64,000 nt of DNA from Pseudomonadota bacterium (GCA_030685065.1 JAUXQH010000054.1:120280-184279); one strand, 5' to 3'. Shown: positions 54,219 through 62,515, numbered from the stretch's first letter. Notes: generated by a model not told the origin, from the sequence alone. A program made the numbers and translations.

Positions 54219-54674
54219 TCACGATGCTTCGGCCGCTGCGAGGGAGACCACGGCATCGGACACCGTCGTGGGGCCGAGCTGGATGTACCAGGTGCCGATG
54301 GTGTCGAAGTCGATCTCGAAGTGCTCGGGGATGTCCTCCGGGCAGCTCTCCACGGGCGCGGCCGGAGGGAGGCCGACCGACTCCTCGCCATTGAACAGAT
54401 CGAAGGCCACATCGGCGGTGCCCACGAACAGGATCGCGAGCGTGGGCGCCTCGATCTGCACCGCGAGGTACGACGCCACCGAGTCGGCGAGGATGGCCGT
54501 ATAGGGCTCGCCGTCCATCGGAAGGACGACGGCGTTTCCCGTCGTCTCGCTCTCGGGGAGCGTGCCCTCCGACTCGCCGGCGTGCTCACAGGCGTGCAGC
54601 GCGGCGTCCGCGGCCGTGGTGTCGGTCGGGCCCGCGCCGCAGGCGATCAGGGAGGAAAGGAAGGGGATGAACAT
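54219..54674 (-). CDS. Hypothetical lipoprotein (151 aa)
   Basis: Leader is MFIPFLSSLIAC, with acidic composition. No family recognised. Confidence 0.65.
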   Translation of the reverse strand: MFIPFLSSLIACGAGPTDTTAADAALHACEHAGESEGTLPESETTGNAVVLPMDGEPYTAILADSVASYLAVQIEAPTLAILFVGTADVAFDLFNGEESVGLPPAAPVESCPEDIPEHFEIDFDTIGTWYIQLGPTTVSDAVVSLAAAEAS

Positions 54675-54759
54675 GTTGAATTCCTACGGTTGGGCGAGAC
54701 ACCCGCTCGCGCTTGCTTGCTTCGTTCCTGGTCGAAGATCCCTCCGCGAGGGGTGCTTC

Positions 54760-54864
54760 ATGTCGTCGATTCCCAGATCCTTGATGGCCATCTCGCTCGG
54801 TGTGCTGGGTGTCGCGGGCCTTGTCATCCTCGCGGAGGCGTGTCGGCTGTTGTTCGGCTGGTAG
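54760..54864 (+). CDS. Possible 34-aa single-TM peptide (MSSIPRSLMAISLGVLGVAGLVILAEACRLLFGW)
   Basis: The ATG is preceded by GAGGGG at 6-nt spacing. Third positions are roughly 80 percent G/C. It is an internal start of track ORF 54562..54864. Confidence 0.3.
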   Translation: MSSIPRSLMAISLGVLGVAGLVILAEACRLLFGW

Positions 54865-54872
54865 TCGGGTGA

Positions 54873-54912
54873 CAGCCCGGATGCCAGCCCGGATGCCAGC
54901 CCGGATGCCAGC
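54873..54912. repeat. 12-nt tandem repeat cagcccggatgc x3.3
   Basis: Read directly. Lies between the small ORF stop (54864) and the response-regulator stop (54950). Confidence 0.95.
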
Positions 54913-54949
54913 GGTGGTTCACGGGTCGGCGGGCGGGGGAGGGGCGGGG

Positions 54950-55894
54950 TCAGCCCGTGGGCTCGTCCGGCTCCGGCAGGCGATCCTCGTTGTCCGGCAG
55001 CCAGATGCTGCGGTGGCGCTCCTGGCAAAGCTCCGCGACGAGCGCGATCAGCACCGCGGGATCGATCGGGGGCGCGTAGACACGGACGGCATCGTCATCG
55101 AGGTCCTGCTCTGCGCCGGCAACGTCCTGGGCCAGCAGGATCGCGGTGGCGCGGTCGCGCTGAGGGGAGCGGCGCAGGGCGCGGATGACCTCGGCGCCCG
55201 CGATGTCGGCGAGCAGGTCATCGACGACGAGCACGTCCGGGAGCTCCAGGTGGAGCACGGCGAAGGTGCTCTTGGCGTCCTTCGCGTGGGTCACGCGGTG
55301 GCCGAGGGGAGCGAGCGCATCCCAGACCACCTGGTACAGGGGCTCGCCCCCGGAGACCAGGACGTCCATCGGCCACATCAGGGTCGTCGGCGGGAGGTTG
55401 GAACGCGCCGGAAGCGGGCCGGTGGGCGCGGCTGCTGCGAAGAGGGTGTCCCGGTGGAGCAGGGCCAGCCCCGATTCCAACAGGCTCCAATACAATCCGA
55501 GGTGTCTGGCCGCGTTGAGGAAGTCGGTCATCTGCACGGGCTTGCGCACGTAGATGTTCGCGCCGAGGGAGTAGCTCTCGACCATGTCGCGCTCCTCCCA
55601 GGACGAGGTCAGGACGACGACGGGGACGTGCGCCGTCCTCGCGTCGGCGCGGAGCCGCTCGAGCACCTCGAGCCCGGTCAGGCGGGGGAGCCGCAAATCG
55701 AGCAGCACGAGCCCGGGCTGGACCGAAGTGTCCCGTCCGGCGTGGATCCCGGTGCCGTACAGGTAGTCCAACGCCTCCACGCCGTCGCGAGCCACGACCA
55801 CCTGGTTGGCGATTTGATTCCGATCGAAGGCCCGGAGGGTCTGCGTCACATCCTCGGGATTGTCTTCCACCAACAGGATGATGTCACATCTCAT
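54950..55894 (-). CDS. Response regulator with an N-terminal receiver and a second receiver-like domain, no output domain
   Basis: REC1 is ILLVEDNPEDV...VLLDLRLPRLTG...VVVLTSS...YVRKP. The second half is VLVVDDLLADIAGAEVIRALR.... Start set at internal ATG 55894. Confidence 0.85.
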   Translation of the reverse strand: MRCDIILLVEDNPEDVTQTLRAFDRNQIANQVVVARDGVEALDYLYGTGIHAGRDTSVQPGLVLLDLRLPRLTGLEVLERLRADARTAHVPVVVLTSSWEERDMVESYSLGANIYVRKPVQMTDFLNAARHLGLYWSLLESGLALLHRDTLFAAAAPTGPLPARSNLPPTTLMWPMDVLVSGGEPLYQVVWDALAPLGHRVTHAKDAKSTFAVLHLELPDVLVVDDLLADIAGAEVIRALRRSPQRDRATAILLAQDVAGAEQDLDDDAVRVYAPPIDPAVLIALVAELCQERHRSIWLPDNEDRLPEPDEPTG

Positions 55895-55990
55895 CTCGGT
55901 CGCTCCCGTGCTCGCGTCGTAGATCGCCTGGTGAAGCCTAAGCGGCCTCGGTTCGAGGGCGCTTTCAGCCCGCTCACTCGGAGCCGGCTC

Positions 55991-56035
55991 ACTGGCACCG
56001 CGCCCACTGGGACCGCGCCCACTGGGACCGCGCGC
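55991..56035. repeat. 15-nt direct repeat x3 (actggcaccgcgccc / actgggaccgcgccc / actgggaccgcgcgc) in a divergent promoter region
   Basis: Read directly. Lies between the divergent starts at 55894 (-) and 56078 (+). Confidence 0.9.
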
Positions 56036-56077
56036 GTCCTTCCCTGCCTCCTCCACGTTTGGTTATACCGGCAGCGC

Positions 56078-57280
56078 GTGTCCCGCCCCGAAAACCACGA
56101 ACCCCCCATCGTCGTACAGGTGCTCCTGGTCGACGACAACGCCGCCAACCTCGTCGCCATGTCGGCCGCGATCGAGGGCGCGGGCACCCGTGTGGTCACG
56201 GCGGCCTCGGGGGACGAGGCGCTCGTCTGTCTGCTGAACGGGGAGTTCGCGGCCATCTTGATGGATGTGCAGATGCCGGGGATGGATGGCTTCGAGACCG
56301 CGGCGCTGATCCGGGGCCGACCACGCGCGAAGCACACGCCCATCATCTTCCTCACGGCCATCAACCAGTCCGAGGAGCACGCGGCCCGCGGCTACGCCCT
56401 CGGAGCGGTCGACTACGTGTTCAAGCCCGTCGCCGTGGAGACCCTGCGGGCCAAGGTGGCGGTGTTCGTCGACCTCGCGCGCAGCCGGGCCCTCCTCGAG
56501 CGGCAGGCCGAGGCCCTGCGCGAGGCCAACCACAGCCTGCGGGTGACGGCCGACGCGCTGCGCCTGGCGAACGCCGCAGCCGCGTTCGCCAACCACGAGC
56601 TCGAGATGTTCAACTCGGCCGTGGCGCACGATCTGCGTGCGCCGCTCCGCAGTATCCACGGGTTTTCGGCCGCGCTCCTACTGAATCACGCGAACCAGCT
56701 CGACTCCGTGGGCCGGGAGGACCTGGGCCGGGTGATGGCCGCGGCGGTCCGGATGGGTCAGCTCATCGACGACCTGCTCGGCCTCTCCCACTGCACCCGA
56801 TCGCAGATGCGCTTTCGTTCGGTGGATCTTACCGAGATCGCGTCCGAGTGCCTGACCCAGCTCCAGAGCGCCAGCCCCGAGCGGTGTGTGGACATCCGGG
56901 TCGCGCCCGGGCTGATGACCCAAGGAGACCCTCGGCTGCTGCGCGTGGTGATGGAGAACCTGCTACGAAATGCATGGAAGTTCACCGCCCACCACCCGAA
57001 GGCCGTCATCGAGGTGGGAAAAGAGAGGGGAACCGGAGCGTTTTTCGTGCGGGATGATGGCGCCGGCTTCGACATGGCCTACGCCAACAAGCTGTTCATG
57101 GCGTTCCAACGGCTGCACCGTTTGGACGAGTTCGAGGGAAATGGCATCGGTCTGATCACCGTCAAGCGGATCGTCGAGCGTCACGGCGGCCGGATCCGCG
57201 GGGTCGGCGTGCCCGAACAGGGGGCCACGTTTTTCTTCACCCTCGGCGATGGGTCGACGAAGGAGCTTTCACCTGTATAG
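56078..57280 (+). CDS. Receiver-histidine kinase (REC - coiled coil - HisKA - HATPase)
   Basis: REC is VLLVDDNAANL...MDVQMPGMDGFE...FKP. H-box is AVAHDLRAPLRSI. The N-box is ENLLRNAWKF. The HATPase core is VRDDGAGFD and GNGIGL. GTG start at 56078 chosen as the first in-frame start before the REC domain. Confidence 0.85.
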   Translation: MSRPENHEPPIVVQVLLVDDNAANLVAMSAAIEGAGTRVVTAASGDEALVCLLNGEFAAILMDVQMPGMDGFETAALIRGRPRAKHTPIIFLTAINQSEEHAARGYALGAVDYVFKPVAVETLRAKVAVFVDLARSRALLERQAEALREANHSLRVTADALRLANAAAAFANHELEMFNSAVAHDLRAPLRSIHGFSAALLLNHANQLDSVGREDLGRVMAAAVRMGQLIDDLLGLSHCTRSQMRFRSVDLTEIASECLTQLQSASPERCVDIRVAPGLMTQGDPRLLRVVMENLLRNAWKFTAHHPKAVIEVGKERGTGAFFVRDDGAGFDMAYANKLFMAFQRLHRLDEFEGNGIGLITVKRIVERHGGRIRGVGVPEQGATFFFTLGDGSTKELSPV

Positions 57281-57340
57281 ATGGCGGGGCTTGTCTCCTG
57301 GCGGCCGTGGTTGGGTTCCCAGGCGCGTCGACCAGACAAG

Positions 57341-57705
57341 ATGTTCTTCCACAAGTCGGGCCTCGGCGAGATGATGTGGATTGCCCCGGGTTTTTTCCTG
57401 ATGCTCTTCGGCTGCTCCGCGGTGCCGATTGGGCCCGTCGCGGGGGCTGTGGTACGGCCCGCCGGAGGCGGACCTCCTCTCCGGGGCGGAGAAGCCGGTC
57501 CTGGTCTTTCCCTCCGACGGCGGCACGAGCGGGCTGGACTTTTCGCGCGACGCCGGTTTCGGGCACGTCGGCCTGGCCTTCGTCTCGGGCGTGACCGGGC
57601 TGTCACCAGGGCCACCTACCCCCCGCGGCGGAGCCCGCCGGCTCCCTCCCGAACCAGGGCACGGGCAGCGGCGTGTTGTGGCGGATCTGGCGCGAAGGAG
57701 GCTAA
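57341..57705 (+). pseudogene. Possible frame-disrupted small lipoprotein gene, or a local sequence error
   Basis: The high-GC3 coding signal hops frames. 57341 to ~57445 gives MFFHKSGLGEMMWIAPGFFLMLFGCSAVPIGPV (lipobox). ~57445 to ~57597 gives GLWYGPPEADLLSGAEKPVLVFPSDGGTSGLDFSRDAGFGHVGLAFVSGVTG. 57598-57705 gives GCHQGHLPP...VLWRIWREGG*. Confidence 0.3.
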
Positions 57706-57717
57706 GCCGGTTCCCAT

Positions 57718-58725
57718 GTGCACGACGTCCGCGCGATGATCCCCACGCTGTACCTGGAGCTCCTGCCGGAGCCAGGGGAGGAGCTTCATCAGGCGCATCC
57801 TCGCGTTCCGCTCGGCGAGCGGCCGCTGTACATCGGGCGTGGCCCGGAGAACGCGCTGGTGCTCTCGGAGGACACGATCTCCTGGAACCACGCTCGGGTC
57901 TGGATCGAACGCGGCGCGATCCGGGTAGAAGACCGTGGAAGCACCAATGGGACATGGATCGATGACGCGCGGCTGCATGGCGACGGTCTGGTGCGCGCCG
58001 GTCAGATCCTCCGACTGGGGCGCCGCTCGCGGCTCCGTGTGGTCAGCACGGCTCCGGTGGTGCCGGTCGAGGCGCCGGCCTGGCGCCTCGAGGTGCTCGA
58101 GACGGGGGCCTCCGTCACCGTGCCCGAAGCCTCCCTCCGTGTAGGAACGGGTCCCGACGCTGACCTTTCCTTGCCGCTCGACGGCGTGGGCGGGTTCAAC
58201 GTCCGCCCGCTTTCGGACGGGGCGGAGCTGGAGCTCGAGGACGGGCAGCGGCGCCTGGTCAAGGCCGGCGTGGCGTTCACGGTCGGCGAACGCCACTTCC
58301 GCATCCTCCCGGCCAACGGCCCCGAGGTCCCGACGGTGGGCGAGCGCACGCTCACCGACGCGTATCGGCTCCACGTGTCGCTCGATGGCCCGACTGGGCA
58401 CGAGGTGGTGCTGGAGGATCCGGCGCGCGGCCTGACCCACCGCGTGTCCGCGGAGAACCGGGCGGTGATCCTCTTCGCGCTCGCGGTGCGGCTCTTGGAA
58501 GATCGCGCGGCACGGGTGCCCGAGTCGCGCCAGGGCTGGCTCGCGGACGGCGATCTGGCGGTGGGGGTCTGGGGGCGCGAGGCGCAGCGGATGGACGCGA
58601 ACAACCTGAACGTCCTGCTCCACCGGCTCCGGCGCGAGCTGCTCGAGGTGGGCTTCGATCCCTCGTTCCTGGAGCGGCGCAACCACGCGATCCGCCTCCG
58701 CCTCGTGCACGTGTTCCGGACCTGA
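57718..58725 (+). CDS. FHA-domain protein with a C-terminal OmpR/PhoB-type winged-helix (Trans_reg_C-like) domain
   Basis: FHA is LYIGRGPENALVLSEDTISWNHARV......VEDRGSTNGTWID. There is a second FHA-like beta region. The C-terminus is ENRAVILFALAVRLLE....V....L...VWG....RMDANNLNVLLHRLRRELLEVG...FLERRNHAIRL. Alternative start ATG 57736. Confidence 0.85.
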   Translation: MHDVRAMIPTLYLELLPEPGEELHQAHPRVPLGERPLYIGRGPENALVLSEDTISWNHARVWIERGAIRVEDRGSTNGTWIDDARLHGDGLVRAGQILRLGRRSRLRVVSTAPVVPVEAPAWRLEVLETGASVTVPEASLRVGTGPDADLSLPLDGVGGFNVRPLSDGAELELEDGQRRLVKAGVAFTVGERHFRILPANGPEVPTVGERTLTDAYRLHVSLDGPTGHEVVLEDPARGLTHRVSAENRAVILFALAVRLLEDRAARVPESRQGWLADGDLAVGVWGREAQRMDANNLNVLLHRLRRELLEVGFDPSFLERRNHAIRLRLVHVFRT

Positions 58726-58737
58726 GGCCGGCGCTGA

Positions 58738-59283
58738 TCAGCCCCCGTCCGGGGAGGCGCGAAAGCTGCCGACGAGGTGGAGCTCGTCGAGATTCCAGGC
58801 CACCCCGGAGACGTCGAACGACCCCGTCAACGACGGCTCGTCACCGATGCTGCCGCTCCAGGTCACCGTGGTGTCGAAGTCCGTGAGGAACAGGAGGGTG
58901 CCCCCGCCCAGGTCCCCGCCGACGCTGCCATTCTGGTCGTCGTAGAGGCTCAGCGTGCCGTCGAAGCGGCAGACGAACGTGCCCGAGAGCGAGTCCTCGT
59001 CGACATCGAGCAGCACATCGCCGGCGCAGGTGTCCGCCGGGCTGGTCTCGCCCTCGACCGTCATCGACATCGTCCCGGTGAGGGGCCCCCTGAGCGCGTC
59101 GGTGTCGGTGTCCGTGTCGGTGTCGGTGTCCGTGTCCGTGTCCGTGTCCGTGTCGGTATCGGTGTCCGTGTCCGTGTCCGCGGCCGTATCGGGGCAGAGG
59201 GCGTCGAGACGCTGCTCGTGGCGTTCGGCGCCGATGAAGCAGCCCGTCAGGAGGAGCGCGGGAGCGAGGCGGAACGTGATCAT
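58738..59283 (-). CDS. Lipoprotein with a (Asp-Thr)13 tract
   Basis: Leader is MITFRLAPALLLTGC, followed by CPDTAA(DT)13DAL and a 110-aa beta-rich domain. The ATG overlaps the kinase stop (ATGA on the minus strand). Confidence 0.8.
   Translation of the reverse strand: MITFRLAPALLLTGCFIGAERHEQRLDALCPDTAADTDTDTDTDTDTDTDTDTDTDTDTDTDALRGPLTGTMSMTVEGETSPADTCAGDVLLDVDEDSLSGTFVCRFDGTLSLYDDQNGSVGGDLGGGTLLFLTDFDTTVTWSGSIGDEPSLTGSFDVSGVAWNLDELHLVGSFRASPDGG
59098..59190. repeat. Coding hexanucleotide microsatellite (GTGTCS)13 encoding the (DT)n tract
   Basis: Read directly: ggtgtc/cgtgtc/ggtatc units from 59101 to 59178, plus flanking degenerate units. Confidence 0.95.
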
Positions 59284-60887
59284 GGGCCCTCCTCGGCGCG
59301 GCACATCTGTTGGGCCGAGCCACACACGATGCGGGTGGTGCGGCCGGCCTGGATCGCGACCGAGCCCGCGGTGATGAGCTCGTCTACGCCGGGGAAGCGG
59401 GCGAGGATCGTGTACTGCCCCGCCGGCACCTCGTCGGGCGAATGGCGGCGATCGCCAGCGGTCAGCCAGACAACGGTGCCGTCTCCCGACGACACGGCCT
59501 TTCCCGGGCGCGGAGCGCGGGGTTCGGCGGTCGAGATGGGGGGCTCCGTCGCCATGCCCGCCGAGCTCGGGCCGCTGGCGGGAGCAGCGCGCACGCCCGT
59601 CGGCTGCGGGAGAGGCGCGACAGGGCCCGCCTTCGGGGCTCCCTCGGGGGGCGGAGAAGTCGGCGGCGGGACGACGGCTCCGTCGGGCTGGAGCGCGGGT
59701 GCCACCGGCGATGGGGGCGAGACCGCCACGGCAGCGAGCGGCTCGGACTCCGCCCGAGGCCACCCGAGCAACCACGCGCTCGCGGCCGCGGTCGAGGCCG
59801 CGGTCGCGACGATCGCGCCGATCAGGATCAGCCAGCGCAGGGTGCGGCGCCGCGGGCGGAACATCGGCAGGATGGAGACGGGCGGGATCGGGGCGAGGGA
59901 AGCGACGGAGGCCCCCGAACCGAAGGTGCCGAGCGGGACGAACGTGTCCGATGGGGGAGGGGGGCCCTCGTCCACCCGCGTGGGCGTCCTCCGGGGCGGG
60001 CCGGACGGCGGGGCCGCAGGGGATGCCGCGGGAAGGGCGGCGGGGTGAGTGGGCGGCGGGACGTGCAGCGCGCCGTCCAGGAGGGCGACGACGCCGGCGA
60101 TGTCGGCGGGCCGCGCGCCCGGATCGATCCGGAGGCACGCGGCCACCGTCCGCCCGACCTCAGGCGGGAGCCCGTCCGTGCAGTCGTCCGGCGCCACGAA
60201 CGCGCCCGTCGTGAGCGCGGCGGCGTAGGTCGCGAGATCGCGGTCGGGGAAGGGCCGCATGCCGCAGGCCAGCTCGTAGAGCAGGCACCCGAGCGCGAAC
60301 ACGTCGGCCCGCTCGTCCACGGAGGAGGCGTCACGGAGCTGCTCCGGCGCCATGTAGCCGGGCGTGCCGACGGGGAGCCCGGGCAGGGTGACGCTCTGAC
60401 CGGGGATCGGATCGAGGAGCTTCGCCACGCCGAAGTCGGTCACGCGCGGGATCGCTCGCCCCTCGACCACCTCCACGAGCACGTTCGTGGGCTTCAGATC
60501 GCGGTGCACGACGCGCGCGCCGTGCGCGAACCCGACGGCGGCACACACCCCCCGGAACACGTCCAGGCGAGTGTCGAGCGAGGGGTGCTCGGCCGCCACC
60601 CACGCGTCCATCGGCACGCCCGCGACGAATTCGGCCACGAGGGCGAGCGCGCCGTCCACCTCGACCACGTCGGTGACCGGCACCAGGTTCGGGTGGCGCA
60701 GGCGGGCCTGGATGCGGCCCTCGTCGAGGAGCCGCTCCCGCAGCGGCCCCCGGTCGAGCTGCAACACCTTGAGCACGTGCACGCTGCCGAGCTGGACGTG
60801 CACCGCGCGGTACACGAGGCCCTGCCCACCGCGCCCGATGAGCTGCTCGACGCGGTAGTTCCCGACCTGCCGGCCTGCCTCGAGCAT
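59280..60887 (-). CDS. Hanks-type Ser/Thr protein kinase with a Pro-rich linker, TM helix and extracytoplasmic PEGA-like domain
   Basis: IGRGGQGLVYRA, VLK, HRDLKPTNVL, DFGVAK and GTPGYMAPE. The TM helix is WLILIGAIVATAASTAAASAWLL. The C-terminal part is VPAGQYTILARFPG. Confidence 0.93.
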   Translation of the reverse strand: MLEAGRQVGNYRVEQLIGRGGQGLVYRAVHVQLGSVHVLKVLQLDRGPLRERLLDEGRIQARLRHPNLVPVTDVVEVDGALALVAEFVAGVPMDAWVAAEHPSLDTRLDVFRGVCAAVGFAHGARVVHRDLKPTNVLVEVVEGRAIPRVTDFGVAKLLDPIPGQSVTLPGLPVGTPGYMAPEQLRDASSVDERADVFALGCLLYELACGMRPFPDRDLATYAAALTTGAFVAPDDCTDGLPPEVGRTVAACLRIDPGARPADIAGVVALLDGALHVPPPTHPAALPAASPAAPPSGPPRRTPTRVDEGPPPPSDTFVPLGTFGSGASVASLAPIPPVSILPMFRPRRRTLRWLILIGAIVATAASTAAASAWLLGWPRAESEPLAAVAVSPPSPVAPALQPDGAVVPPPTSPPPEGAPKAGPVAPLPQPTGVRAAPASGPSSAGMATEPPISTAEPRAPRPGKAVSSGDGTVVWLTAGDRRHSPDEVPAGQYTILARFPGVDELITAGSVAIQAGRTTRIVCGSAQQMCRAEEGP

Positions 60888-60893
60888 CCTGAC

Positions 60894-61790
60894 TCAGTCT
60901 CCGAACGGCACGGTGAACGCCACCACAGCCGTTCCGCTCGCTGCGATCGCCAGCCCGAGCGCGGCTCCGGCGCTCGCGTTCGTCAACGTGTAGAGCTGCC
61001 GGGCCTCCGCACACGTCTCCGCGTCGTCATAGGCGCTCTCGGCGAGGAAGCTGGTCACCGCGAGACCCGCGGCGACCGCCCCGCCCGCCGCGGCGCCGAG
61101 GATCAACGACCGGCGTAGGTGGAGCGGGGTGCGGATCGGGTAGGTGGGCAGGGGCTCGTCGGGCCAGACGTAGGCGGTGGCACGCACGGCGCCGTCGGCG
61201 CCGCGCCACTGGAAGACGGTCGGGATGTTCAGCGGCCGATCCCGTCCGACGGCGGCGTCGAAGGAGAGTGTCCCGTCCGCCGCCTGCGGCACGCTTTCGG
61301 TCATCACGCTGTCGAGCGGAACGGCGCGAAATTCGGCCTGGAGCGGATGGCCCTCCGGCGCGAACGTCGTGGGGAGCCCCGCGGCGGGCTCGACGGCACG
61401 GGTGGCGGCGAACGCGGCGCGCGCCCGTGGGCTGTCCCGCACGATGAAGGCGCGGAGGCCCTGGAGCCGGTGGTAGCGTGCCACCAGCGCGCGCTCCGTC
61501 GTCTCCGCGAGGCATGGGAACGACGCCGCGAGCGAGTCGGTCCACACGGTGAACGCCGCGGTGTCGAGCCGGGTCCAGGCCGCCTCGGCGTCATCGACGA
61601 GCAGCCGAAAACGCTCGCCGCTCAGAGGCTCGCACGCCGCGAGCGCCGCGGAGGGGAACGCGAGGGCGCCGAATCCTCCCAGGAGGGCGGCGGCGAGGGC
61701 GGCGGTACGCAGGCGGATGCTCCGGAGGGAGGCCACGTGGGTCGGCCTCGCGGGGGGATTGTACCGCATGGGCGTCGGCAAGATGTACAC
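60894..61790 (-). CDS. Hypothetical secreted protein with a C-terminal membrane anchor, first gene of the kinase operon (start uncertain)
   Basis: Signal-like segment RLRTAALAAALLGGFGALAFPSAALA. C-terminal hydrophobic helices (LILGAAAGGAVAAGLAV..., AGAALGLAIAASGTAVVAF). Only 6 nt separate it from the kinase start. Confidence 0.6.
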   Translation of the reverse strand: MYILPTPMRYNPPARPTHVASLRSIRLRTAALAAALLGGFGALAFPSAALAACEPLSGERFRLLVDDAEAAWTRLDTAAFTVWTDSLAASFPCLAETTERALVARYHRLQGLRAFIVRDSPRARAAFAATRAVEPAAGLPTTFAPEGHPLQAEFRAVPLDSVMTESVPQAADGTLSFDAAVGRDRPLNIPTVFQWRGADGAVRATAYVWPDEPLPTYPIRTPLHLRRSLILGAAAGGAVAAGLAVTSFLAESAYDDAETCAEARQLYTLTNASAGAALGLAIAASGTAVVAFTVPFGD

Positions 61791-61798
61791 TTCGGGGC

Positions 61799-62506
61799 AT
61801 GACCCCCACCCTCCTGATGGCGATCGTCGCGTGCACCGACCAGAAGGTCGACCTCGGCGCGCTGCAGACCTCCGATGACATCGTGAACGCCTGCGAGCAG
61901 TACGAGCCGGAGGAGCTCACCCTGGACGTGGTGTTTCCCGCGCAGACCGGGGCCTGCCCGTGGGAGGAAGGGGACAACCAGGGCCCCGCCGACGGCCTGC
62001 TTACCGCGCGCGTGGAGCAGGTCGAGACCCTGGAGCTCCCGACCGACGCGGTCATCTGCGACATGTCGTTCGACTTCTCCGGGATCGTTCCGGACGAGAT
62101 CCAGGTGATGGTCTACGACGACCACTTCTTCTTCACGTTCAACGACATCGTGCTCGCGTCCAGCTTCTCCCCGGCGGTGGACGAGCTGGCCGCCGAGGGG
62201 GACCTGCACACCTGGGACTGGAGCCGCGTGGTCGGCTTCGACTACCACTCCGTCGGGGACGGCTACGACAGCTACTGCCTCGGCGAGGCGGGCGGGTCCG
62301 CCGAGTGCGACATCCCGGCCACCGAGACCCCCGGGGAGATCACCATGCGGTTCGACGAGGCGCTGGTGGCCCAGCTCTCGTTGTCGGCCATCGCGAATGC
62401 GCGCTACGACTTCGCCTTCGTGACCACGGGCGACGACGACGTGGACCGCGACTGCAAACACGAGGCCTTCGGCTTCACCGTGACCGTGCCTTACCTTCAG
62501 CCGTAG
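61799..62506 (+). CDS. Hypothetical lipoprotein (235 aa)
   Basis: Leader is MTPTLLMAIVAC, with an acidic, Cys-containing body. No family recognised. Confidence 0.65.
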   Translation: MTPTLLMAIVACTDQKVDLGALQTSDDIVNACEQYEPEELTLDVVFPAQTGACPWEEGDNQGPADGLLTARVEQVETLELPTDAVICDMSFDFSGIVPDEIQVMVYDDHFFFTFNDIVLASSFSPAVDELAAEGDLHTWDWSRVVGFDYHSVGDGYDSYCLGEAGGSAECDIPATETPGEITMRFDEALVAQLSLSAIANARYDFAFVTTGDDDVDRDCKHEAFGFTVTVPYLQP

Positions 62507-62515
62507 TCAGACGAA

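Noticed and set aside
183-54589. Many very long ORFs in the track overlap the genes called above in other frames or on the opposite strand. Examples: 183..2192(-), 1034..2362(+), 5778..7454(+), 6343..8088(-), 9331..11421(-), 11799..14726(-), 12329..14191(-), 20102..23035(-), 25725..27179(-), 26899..28944(-), 28941..30380(-), 44658..46301(-), 49751..51766(-), 52265..54589(-).
   Set aside because: Their translations are Arg/Pro/Gly/Ala-dominated with no recognisable motifs. Such stop-free shadow frames are the expected by-product of very high GC. In every case the alternative frame gives a protein with clear family motifs.
2205-56056. N-terminal extensions of longest-ORF calls, for example 2205..3653, 6589..8385, 18687..19856, 52028..54202 and 54950..56056, and most cbi genes listed inside longer ORFs.
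   Set aside because: The extensions are junk-composition and overlap the upstream gene or the riboswitch. Internal ATG/GTG codons coincide with stop-start overlaps (ATGA, TGATG, GTGA) and with the expected family N-termini.
59098-59190. Could the GTGTCS repeats, or the other tandem repeats at 5770, 39938, 54873 and 55991, be a CRISPR array?
   Set aside because: The units are 6-23 nt and directly adjacent with no unique spacers. One array is in-frame coding sequence. No cas genes are present.
61791-61798. Only 8 nt separate the divergent starts at 61790 (-) and 61799 (+).
   Set aside because: This is probably an artefact of taking the longest ORF for the minus-strand gene. Internal starts such as MRYNPP at 61769, or a start nearer the RLRTAALAAALL signal segment, would open a normal promoter region. 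I do not treat it as a biological overlap.
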